Source: an uncultured Chloroflexia bacterium
Lineage (GTDB): Bacteria; Chloroflexota; Limnocylindria; Limnocylindrales; CSP1-4
Direction: 5' to 3'
NCBI GenBank assembly: GCA_963813335.1
Contig: CAWEYL010000001.1
Span: 512,001-576,000, forward strand
Length of the DNA: 64,000 bases
Below are positions 11,628-21,048 of this stretch, in pieces; the stretch's first letter is position 1; each line of letters begins with the position of its first letter. The translations under genes and the position numbers were made by a program. The notes beneath the pieces are model-generated. The model saw only the letters and a program-made list of their open reading frames with translations, was not told where the DNA came from and did not search any database.

Positions 11628-12916
11628 TGCCCGCGACCCCGACCGGCCTCGCCCGCCGGTACGCCTTCCTCACCGCGCTCCGCTGGCTCCCGGTCGGGCT
11701 GACGATCCCGGTCAACGTCCTGCTGATGCAGGCGCGCGGCCTGGACCTTGCGGCGATCGGCGGTCTCTACGCCGTCTACGGCATCGTGACGGTCGCCCTC
11801 GAGCTGCCGACCGGCGGTCTCGCCGACGTCATCGGCCGGCGTGTGGTCCTGGTCGCCGCCGCGCTCGCGACCACCGTGTCGATGGCCGTCGCAGCGTTCG
11901 CGCAGGACGTGCCGTGGTTCCTGCTCGTCATGGTCCTCGGCGCGACCGGCCGCGCGCTCGGCTCCGGACCGCTCGACGCCTGGTACGTCGATGCGACCCA
12001 TGCGCTCGATCCCGACGGGCCGGTGCGCCGCGGCATCGCCCGCGCGCAGAGCGCGGAGGCCCTGGCGCTCGGCATCGGCGCCGTGATCGGCGGCCTGCTG
12101 CCGACGCTGGCCAGCACGCTCTGGCCGACGCTCACCTCGGGCGCGCTGATCGCCCTGTCCATCCCCGTGCTGGCGGCCGCCGCCCTGATGTTCGCGAACG
12201 CCGTCGCCATCGTCCTCCTGGTCCGCGAGGAGCGGCCCGCCTGGACGGGCGTCCGGGCGATCGTCGGCGGGGTCCCGAGCACCGTCCGCGACGGCCTCCG
12301 ACTCGGCGCCGGCGACTCCGTGCTGCGCCGGCTCATGGTCCGGGCGGGCCTCCTTGGCGTGGTGCTCGCCGGCATCGAGCTGCTCGCCCCGGGCACCTTC
12401 GCCGCGCTGCTCGGCGGCGAGGCCCAGGCCAGCCGGGCCTACGGGGTCTTCGCCGCCGCGGCGTTCGGGGCCAGTGCCGCCGGTGCCGCCCTCGCACCGG
12501 CCGTGGCGACGCGGCTCGGCGGCGGCGCGCGGGCCGCTGCGGTGGCCTCGTTCGCGGCCGGGTTCTCCGTCCTGCTCGTCGGCGCGCCGTTCCTCGCCGC
12601 GGTCGGGACCGGATACATCGGCGTCTACCTCCTGCTCGGGATCACCGGGCCGCTCACCTCGGAGCTGCTCCACGCCCGCGTCTCCGCGGCGCAGCGGACG
12701 ACGCTCCTGTCGGTCGAATCGCTCGCACTCCAGGTCGGCGGCGTGGTCGCGAACCTGAGCCTCGGCGCGATCGTCGTCGCGACCTCGCTCGGCTGGGGGT
12801 TCGCGCTCATCGCGATCGCGCTGTTCGCCTCCGCGGCGTTGCTCGTCGGTCGGCCGTTCCGCGAACCGGCGGCGGGCGACGTCCCGCGGCCGGCTGCCGC
12901 CCCCGAGGCCGGCTGA
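11627..12916 (+). CDS. MFS transporter
   Basis: About 12 hydrophobic segments, ELPTGGLADVIGRR motif A; start overlaps the regulator stop codon. Confidence 0.88.
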   Translation: MPATPTGLARRYAFLTALRWLPVGLTIPVNVLLMQARGLDLAAIGGLYAVYGIVTVALELPTGGLADVIGRRVVLVAAALATTVSMAVAAFAQDVPWFLLVMVLGATGRALGSGPLDAWYVDATHALDPDGPVRRGIARAQSAEALALGIGAVIGGLLPTLASTLWPTLTSGALIALSIPVLAAAALMFANAVAIVLLVREERPAWTGVRAIVGGVPSTVRDGLRLGAGDSVLRRLMVRAGLLGVVLAGIELLAPGTFAALLGGEAQASRAYGVFAAAAFGASAAGAALAPAVATRLGGGARAAAVASFAAGFSVLLVGAPFLAAVGTGYIGVYLLLGITGPLTSELLHARVSAAQRTTLLSVESLALQVGGVVANLSLGAIVVATSLGWGFALIAIALFASAALLVGRPFREPAAGDVPRPAAAPEAG

Positions 12917-12946
12917 GCCCCGCCTGACTGCTACCATCGCGCTCCC

Positions 12947-14596
12947 ATGAGCGACCGGCCCCGTTTCTACCTGACCACCTCGATCGCGTACGCGAACAAC
13001 AAGCCGGGCATCCACACGCTCTACGAGGTGATCGGCGCCGACGCGATCGCCCGCTGGCACCGGATGCTCGGTCACGACACGCGCTTCCTGACCGGCACCG
13101 ACGAGCACTCGATCAACATCGCGCAGGCCGCCGTGGACGAGGGACGGCCAACCCGCGAGTTCGTCGACGAGAAGGTGGCGCTCTTCCACGCGTCCGAGGC
13201 CGCCCTCGGCATCGCCCCGGACCGCTTCATCCGGACGACGGATCCTGACCACGTCCGAGCGGCACAGGAGATGGTCCGCCGGGCCTACGCCAACGGCGAC
13301 ATCTACCCCGGCACGTACGAGGGCTGGTACTGCCCCAACGAGGGCTTCCGCAACGCCACCGACGTCATCGAGACCGCCCAGGGGACCATCTGCCCGAACC
13401 ACCCCGGCGTCCCGCTCCAGTGGCTGACCGAGCGGAACTGGTTCTTCCGGTTGTCCGCCTACCAGGAGCGCCTCGAGCGGCACTTCGCGGAGCACGACGA
13501 CTTCGTCATGCCGACGTTCCGGCGCAACGAGATGCTCGGGTTCATCCGCAGCGGCCTCGAGGACTTCTCGATCAGCCGCGAGCGGACGCCAGGGGATTGG
13601 GGGATCCCGTTCCCGATCCGCGAAGACGGCTCGCCGTCGCAGCTGCCCGACGGGACGTGGGACCCGGCCGCCGGCAAGATCTACGTCTGGTACGACGCGC
13701 TGATCAACTACATCACGGGCGCCGGCTTCCCCGACGACCCGGCGGCGTTCGCGCGCTGGTGGCCGGCCGACCTGCACGTCATCGGCAAGGACATCGCCCG
13801 GTTCCACTCGATCTTCTGGCCGGCGATGCTGTGGAGCGCCGGCCTCGAGGCGCCTCGCCAGGTGTGGGTGCATGGCTGGCTGCTGGCGGCCGGCGGCGAG
13901 CGGATGAGCAAGAGCCGCGGCAACTTCCTCGACCCCGACGACTTCGTGGCCGCCTTCGGCCAGGACGGCGCGCGCTACGTCGCGCTCCGCGAGGTGCCCT
14001 TCGACCGAGATGCCGAGGTCTCGTGGGACTCGTTCGTGCGCCGCTACAACGCCGACCTCGCCAACGACTTCGGCAACCTCGTCAATCGCACGGTCAGCAT
14101 GGTCAACCGCTACCTCGACGGCGAGCGGCCCGATCCCGTGCCGCCGACCGACGGCCGGCTGTCCTTCGACTGGGTCGCCATCCCTGGGATCTACGGCGCC
14201 GAGATCGAGAGCTGCCTGCTCCACGACGCGCTCAGCCTGCTGATCGAGACCTTCGTGCCCGCGGCGAACCGCATGGTCGACGCCGAGCGGCCGTGGGACC
14301 TGGCCAAGGCCTGGAAGGCGGGCGACGAGGGGGCGGGCGAACGCCTCCGCGGCGTCCTCGGCGACCTCGTGGAGGCCTGTCGGCTCGTCGGCCTGGCAGT
14401 CACGCCGTTCATGCCCGCGACCGGTCCGCGGGTCCTCGCCCAGCTCGGCTACGACTTCCCGTACAGCCCGGACGGTAACGGCGGGCCGCCCATCCTCGAC
14501 GAGCTGGCCTGGGGCCGCCACGCCGGCGAGCCCGGGCGGGTGACCGCCCCCGAGCCGCTCTTCCCGCGGCTCGACGCGGAGCCCGGGCCGGGCTGA
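12947..14596 (+). CDS. metG: Methionyl-tRNA synthetase (short form, no C-terminal Trbp domain; altered HIGH motif GIHT)
   Basis: FYLTTSIAYAN, FLTGTDEH, FIRTTD, YVWYDALINY, IGKDIARFHSIFWPAML, VHGWL, RMSKSRGN, YNADLANDFGNLVNR. Confidence 0.95.
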   Translation: MSDRPRFYLTTSIAYANNKPGIHTLYEVIGADAIARWHRMLGHDTRFLTGTDEHSINIAQAAVDEGRPTREFVDEKVALFHASEAALGIAPDRFIRTTDPDHVRAAQEMVRRAYANGDIYPGTYEGWYCPNEGFRNATDVIETAQGTICPNHPGVPLQWLTERNWFFRLSAYQERLERHFAEHDDFVMPTFRRNEMLGFIRSGLEDFSISRERTPGDWGIPFPIREDGSPSQLPDGTWDPAAGKIYVWYDALINYITGAGFPDDPAAFARWWPADLHVIGKDIARFHSIFWPAMLWSAGLEAPRQVWVHGWLLAAGGERMSKSRGNFLDPDDFVAAFGQDGARYVALREVPFDRDAEVSWDSFVRRYNADLANDFGNLVNRTVSMVNRYLDGERPDPVPPTDGRLSFDWVAIPGIYGAEIESCLLHDALSLLIETFVPAANRMVDAERPWDLAKAWKAGDEGAGERLRGVLGDLVEACRLVGLAVTPFMPATGPRVLAQLGYDFPYSPDGNGGPPILDELAWGRHAGEPGRVTAPEPLFPRLDAEPGPG

Positions 14597-14603
14597 CCGC
14601 GGG

Positions 14604-15434
14604 ATGCGCCTGGTCGACAGCCACTGCCACCTCAACGCCGACCGCTTCGAGGGCGATGCCGACCTCGTGATCGGCGGCGCCCGGCTGGCTGGCGTCGAGC
14701 GGATCCTGGTCCCCGGCTGGAACGTCGCCTCGTGCGAGCGCGCCCTCGCGCTCGTCGACCGCTTCCCGTGGCTCGACGCGGCGGTGGGGGTCCATCCCCA
14801 CGATGCCGCGAAGGTCGACGACGCCGCCTGGGCGGGTATCGCTGCCCTCGCCACGGACGACCGCGTGGTCGCGATCGGCGAGACCGGCCTCGACTACGAC
14901 CGGGTCTTCAGCCCCATCGACGACCAGCTCGGCAACCTGCGCCGGAACCTGGCGCTCGCGCTCGAGACGAGCAAGCCGGCCATCCTGCACTGCCGCTCCG
15001 GCGACGGCCGGCGGGACGCCCAGGACGCCCTCCTCGACGAGCTCCGCGCGGCCGGCGTCGGCGACGCCCGCTGGGCCGCGGCCTTCGGCGAGCGACCGCC
15101 GGCGGTCATCCACTCATATTCGGGCCCGCTCGACTACGCCCGGCAGGTGATCGACCTGGGGCTCGCGGTCAGTTTCTCGGGGCTCGTCTTCCGGGCGGGG
15201 GAGGAGGCGTCGGCGGCCGTCGCCGCGCTGGTGCCCCTCGACCGGCTGCTGACCGAGACCGATTCGCCGTTCCTGGCACCACCCGGCGCACCACGGTCGC
15301 GCAACGAACCCGAGTGGGTTCACGTCACATCGTCGTGGCTTGCTGACCAACGGCAGGTCACGATAGAGGAACTCGGCCCGTCACTCGTCGCCGCATATGA
15401 TCGACTCTTCCCGAGTCGTCGGAGGACACCGTGA
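14604..15434 (+). CDS. tatD: TatD family DNase
   Basis: DSHCHL, GVHPH, IGETGLD, ETDSPFLAP, NEP; conserved metG-tatD linkage. Confidence 0.93.
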   Translation: MRLVDSHCHLNADRFEGDADLVIGGARLAGVERILVPGWNVASCERALALVDRFPWLDAAVGVHPHDAAKVDDAAWAGIAALATDDRVVAIGETGLDYDRVFSPIDDQLGNLRRNLALALETSKPAILHCRSGDGRRDAQDALLDELRAAGVGDARWAAAFGERPPAVIHSYSGPLDYARQVIDLGLAVSFSGLVFRAGEEASAAVAALVPLDRLLTETDSPFLAPPGAPRSRNEPEWVHVTSSWLADQRQVTIEELGPSLVAAYDRLFPSRRRTP

Positions 15435-16105
15435 ACCCCACCACGCGCCGCCCCGCCTCTCGGATCGCCGGCGGCCTGCTCACCGCCCTGGTGCTCGTCG
15501 TCAGCGCCTGCACCCAGGTCGCGCCGGCCTCGCCCTCGGCATCGCCGTCGGCGTCCCCGTCGGCATCCCCGTCGGCCTCGACCGCCGTGGTGAGCCCGTC
15601 GCCTGTGGCGACGGCGACGGCGACCGTCATCCCCTCGGCATCCCCGTCCGCCACGCCCGTCCCCACGACCTGCCCGATCGCCGAGCAGCAAGGCAACCTG
15701 CCCTCAGACCGTCTGATCGACATGAAGGTCGCCACGTCCGATAGCGCCGACACGCTCACGTTCGTCTTCGGCAATCTCTCGCTGCCGGGTCCCGGCGGCC
15801 AGCCGGTCGGCGACCTGACGGTCGCGACCAAGCCGTATACCCAGAGTGGGAGCGGCCAGCGGATCGTCATGGACGGCGACCGGGTGATCCAGGTCCGGTT
15901 CATGAACCTGTCCCTGGCGGCCGACACCGGCGAGACCGTGTACCAGGGCCCGGACTCGGTCAAGCCCCGCCTGCCGGCCCTCCGCCAGGCCACCGTGTAC
16001 GACGCGTTCGAAGGGCAGATGGGCTACTACATCGGCTTCGACGGACCGGGCTGCGTCACGCTCGAGCGGGTCGGCCAGAACGTCGTCCTGACCTTCGCCC
16101 ACTAG
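15431..16105 (+). CDS. Lipoprotein with Ser/Pro/Ala linker and AMIN-like C-terminal domain
   Basis: Signal peptide with VVSAC lipobox, SPSA repeats, C-terminal FEG motif as in actinobacterial AMIN-like lipoproteins. Confidence 0.65.
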   Translation: MNPTTRRPASRIAGGLLTALVLVVSACTQVAPASPSASPSASPSASPSASTAVVSPSPVATATATVIPSASPSATPVPTTCPIAEQQGNLPSDRLIDMKVATSDSADTLTFVFGNLSLPGPGGQPVGDLTVATKPYTQSGSGQRIVMDGDRVIQVRFMNLSLAADTGETVYQGPDSVKPRLPALRQATVYDAFEGQMGYYIGFDGPGCVTLERVGQNVVLTFAH

Positions 16106-16129
16106 CCCGCCGACCATCTCGGCCGCCCA

Positions 16130-16160
16130 CGACCGCCCGGAGCACCGACCCGGGCGGTCG
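16130..16160 (+). terminator. GC-rich hairpin after the metG-tatD-lipoprotein unit
   Basis: cgaccgcccgg (16130-16140) pairs with ccgggcggtcg (16150-16160). Confidence 0.55.
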
Positions 16161-16166
16161 TTCAGG

Positions 16167-16196
16167 TTGACAGCCGGGGCCCGCGTTCGGTAGTCT
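16167..16196 (+). promoter_or_regulatory. Sigma70-type promoter of groESL
   Basis: TTGACA 16167-16172, 18-nt spacer, TAGTCT 16191-16196. Confidence 0.75.
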
Positions 16197-16200
16197 CCAT

Positions 16201-16227
16201 TTGGCACTCTCCATGCGAGAGTGCCAA
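16201..16227. promoter_or_regulatory. CIRCE element (HrcA operator)
   Basis: TTGGCACTC-N9-GAGTGCCAA perfect inverted repeat matching the TTAGCACTC-N9-GAGTGCTAA consensus, upstream of groES. Confidence 0.95.
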
Positions 16228-16423
16228 GCATCGCTGGACCGTCATCGCACGGTCGTCCGCACAGGCCGCCGGCATGGACCGGCGGGAGGAGCGGGACCGA
16301 GCGCGGCAGGATGCCTCAGATGCGTTCACGGGCTGTCCGATCCGACCCCGTTCCCGGCCGGGTCCGCCGCCCGCCAGTCATGCCCGACGGCCGTCCGCCG
16401 GCCGCCACAGGAGGAATTGCACG

Positions 16424-18432
<2,009 letters not shown>

Positions 18433-18457
18433 TCCGGACCGTTCCTCTCGAACACAT

Positions 18458-18486
18458 CGAAGCCCCCGGCGTCGCCGGGGGCTTCG
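18458..18486. terminator. Hairpin terminator between convergent groEL and the downstream gene
   Basis: cgaagcccccggc-gtc-gccgggggcttcg, 13-bp perfect stem. Confidence 0.75.
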
Positions 18487-18511
18487 GGATTCCGGGCGGC
18501 GATCGAGGCGC

Positions 18512-18856
18512 TCAGTAGGAGGCCTTGCCCTCGACATTGCCCGATGGCGTGATCACGAGCCGGAAGGTCTTCGCGATCGTGCCGTCGAAGTCGGAGTACC
18601 AGTAGATCCCGCTTCCATCGCCCGACGCGATCTCGACGGCCTTGTCGGGCGCCGGGAACGGATACGCGCAGTGGAAAGTCTCCTTGCGCATGTTCTTGTT
18701 GATGACCTGGTTCTCGTCGCAGGTCATCGGGCGGACCGTGTTGGTCGCCGGGTCCCACCAGCCGGACGCCATGTCCTTCGTGCTGGCGGCGGAGGCCGAG
18801 CCGACCGCGGTCAGCATCAGCGCGAGCAGGACGGGGATACCGATCAGTCGTCGCAT
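18512..18856 (-). CDS. Small secreted protein of unknown function
   Basis: Sec signal MRRLIGIPVLLALMLTAVGSASA, GGAGG SD, biased codon usage, two Cys. Confidence 0.75.
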   Translation of the reverse strand: MRRLIGIPVLLALMLTAVGSASAASTKDMASGWWDPATNTVRPMTCDENQVINKNMRKETFHCAYPFPAPDKAVEIASGDGSGIYWYSDFDGTIAKTFRLVITPSGNVEGKASY

Positions 18857-18987
18857 GAGGCGTCCTCCGGAGGTCCGGTCGACCGGTCGGTCGACGTCTG
18901 ACGCCGATGGTCGGCGTCACCCTGGAGCCGGTCATCGGTCGAACGACCTAGGGGCCTCCGGAACCACGACCGATGCGCGGACCCCGG

Positions 18988-19737
18988 CTAGCGCCTGACG
19001 TGACGAGGCTTGAACCGCTTGTCCAGCCGCCAGTGGCCCTGGGCGACGCGCGCCCGGGCAAGCTCGAGGTCGTCGGCACCGGGCGTCGGCGCCAGCGCGA
19101 GGACGAACGTCTCGGCGATCCTCGACGGGAGCGCGGCGCCGTCCAGGTCCCCGACGGCCACCGGGCGCGGGTCCTCGCCGATCTCGGCGTAGCGGACGAC
19201 GACCGACAGGCTCGAGCCGCCAGCCGGCAGCGTCAACGTCTGGCGGTCGGGGATGGCGATCTCCTCGCCCCGGGCGTCGAACGCGAGGCCAGGCTCGACA
19301 TGGAGCCGGTCGCCGCCTGCGGCGCCCGAACGGTCGATCGAGACCTCGAGGCCGGTGACGACCCCGGCGCCGTGCAGCGCCCGGTTCCGGCGGCCCAGGC
19401 GCGCCCGGAAGTACGACTGCTCGTCCGCGAGATCGTCGGCGGTGAGGAGCTGTCCCTCGTAGAAGTTCGGTCGGCGGAGGGCGTGCTCCGTTTCGAGCGG
19501 CCCGAACGCGGAGAGCGCACCGGCGGCGCGTGCCAGGCGCTCCGCAGCGGTGATGCCGCGCTCGCCGAGCGGCTCCGGCCGCTGCTGCAGGTCCTCGGTC
19601 AGGAAGGCGAACAGCTGGAGCAGGGCGATCCCCGGATCGGACTCGTTGGTGTCGGTCCACGACGGCGCGTAGACAGCGACCTCGCGCCACAGGGCGGTCG
19701 CGAGTCGCGGCCACTGCTGCTCGTCGATCACGGGCAT
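18988..19737 (-). CDS. Orphan CIS-related protein: baseplate-J-like N-terminus fused to a fibre-attachment-like domain
   Basis: GGGAGGAG SD; YAPSWTDTNESDPGIALLQLFAFLTE and RPNFYEGQLLTADDLADEQSY...NRALHGAGVVTGLEV...VEPGLAFDARGEEI motifs. Confidence 0.72.
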   Translation of the reverse strand: MPVIDEQQWPRLATALWREVAVYAPSWTDTNESDPGIALLQLFAFLTEDLQQRPEPLGERGITAAERLARAAGALSAFGPLETEHALRRPNFYEGQLLTADDLADEQSYFRARLGRRNRALHGAGVVTGLEVSIDRSGAAGGDRLHVEPGLAFDARGEEIAIPDRQTLTLPAGGSSLSVVVRYAEIGEDPRPVAVGDLDGAALPSRIAETFVLALAPTPGADDLELARARVAQGHWRLDKRFKPRHVRR

Positions 19738-20191
19738 GCTGCTCCTCCCCTGGGTTCGTGCCCGGGCCGGGCTGCCACGCAGTCTCTCACCGAGTGGGCG
19801 GCGGATCACGGGATTTCCGGCTGCTCGCATCGGGACCATCGGCCACTCGGGGCACGGGCGCCGACCCGGCAGGATCCTCGCCGACGGAACGCTATGGCCG
19901 AACCCATGCCCGTCTCGGCTGATTTGGCCCGTCACGACGTTCCGTTCGTGCGTGGATGCGGTCGGAAGATGTCGTCGGCCCATCGATTCGGGCCATCTTC
20001 TGGCCGTTACGTTCCGCTGGTGGTCGTTGTGCCGGGTACGCAGGTTCGGTGGCGATCTTGGCGACTTGGCCGGGCAACCGTTCGAACGTCCGGCAAGCGG
20101 CCGTCGGACCACCGGGACCATCGGGCGTTTGACAGGATCGGCCGCCGCGCCGAGGCTGTCCGCTGTCATCTGTGCTCATCGAAGGAGACCC

Positions 20192-20968
20192 ATGTCCCGC
20201 CGACTCCCCGCCGTGTTCGCGCTCGTCGCGGGCGCCGCGATCGCCCTCACCGCCTGCAGCGGCACGCCCGCCGCCCCGGCCCTGTCCACGCCGGACGAGA
20301 TCATCACCGCCGCCCTCAAGTCCACCGAGACCGCCAAGAGCTTCCACGCCGACGTCACCGTCGACGGCAAGATCTCGGGCGACGTCATGGGGACCGGCGC
20401 CGCCCAGTCGTTCGACCTTGCGGGCACCACCGCCTCGGCCGACGTCGACATCGCCAACAAGGCCGTCCATGCCTCCTTCGCCGTCCCGGCGCTGCTGGGC
20501 CTCTCGGGCGACGTGATCGCCGTGGCCGGGAAGACGTACGTGAAGACCTCCCTGACCGGGCCCCTGTACACGGTCAGCGACACCAAGGACACGGCCGGCG
20601 TCGACCCGTCCGACACGGGCAAGACCATCGACAACGTGGGCGACCTTCTGAAGCAGCCAGGGATCGAACCGACCAAGGGTGACGACGTCGCCTGCGGTTC
20701 CAAGCAGTGCTACACCGTCAACGTCGACCTGACCGCCGACGAGCTGACCAAGATCGCTGGTGCGCAGGCCAGCAGCCTCCCGGTGAAGACCGACGGCACG
20801 CTCAAGGTCCAGATCCGCGTCGAGAAGGACACGAACCACCTGGCCGGGGCGACCGTCGAGGTCGCGTCGCCGTCCCAGGGCAACCTGAAGGTCGACATCG
20901 TCATCTCGAAGTGGGACGAGCCGGTCACGATCTCGGCCCCGCCGGCCGACCAGATCAAGGCCGCCTGA
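20192..20968 (+). CDS. LppX/LprAFG-like lipoprotein
   Basis: GAAGGAG SD, LTAC lipobox, KSFH at start of beta-rich domain, C-terminal SKWDEPVTISAPP. Confidence 0.7.
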   Translation: MSRRLPAVFALVAGAAIALTACSGTPAAPALSTPDEIITAALKSTETAKSFHADVTVDGKISGDVMGTGAAQSFDLAGTTASADVDIANKAVHASFAVPALLGLSGDVIAVAGKTYVKTSLTGPLYTVSDTKDTAGVDPSDTGKTIDNVGDLLKQPGIEPTKGDDVACGSKQCYTVNVDLTADELTKIAGAQASSLPVKTDGTLKVQIRVEKDTNHLAGATVEVASPSQGNLKVDIVISKWDEPVTISAPPADQIKAA

Positions 20969-21048
20969 CCCGCCGCTGACGCACGACGGCGGGCCGCCGG
21001 GCCTGTCGCCGTGCGGGCGCGCAAAGCCGCGCCACCTACAATGGCCGG

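Noticed and set aside
15520-15670. Short repeats as a possible CRISPR or mobile repeat
   Set aside because: They encode the SPSA lipoprotein linker; there are no spacers.
20070-20105. GGGCAACC...TTCGAA resembling a c-di-GMP-I riboswitch
   Set aside because: Lacks the GGCAAA/GNRA and GCAAAGC core elements and a P1 stem.
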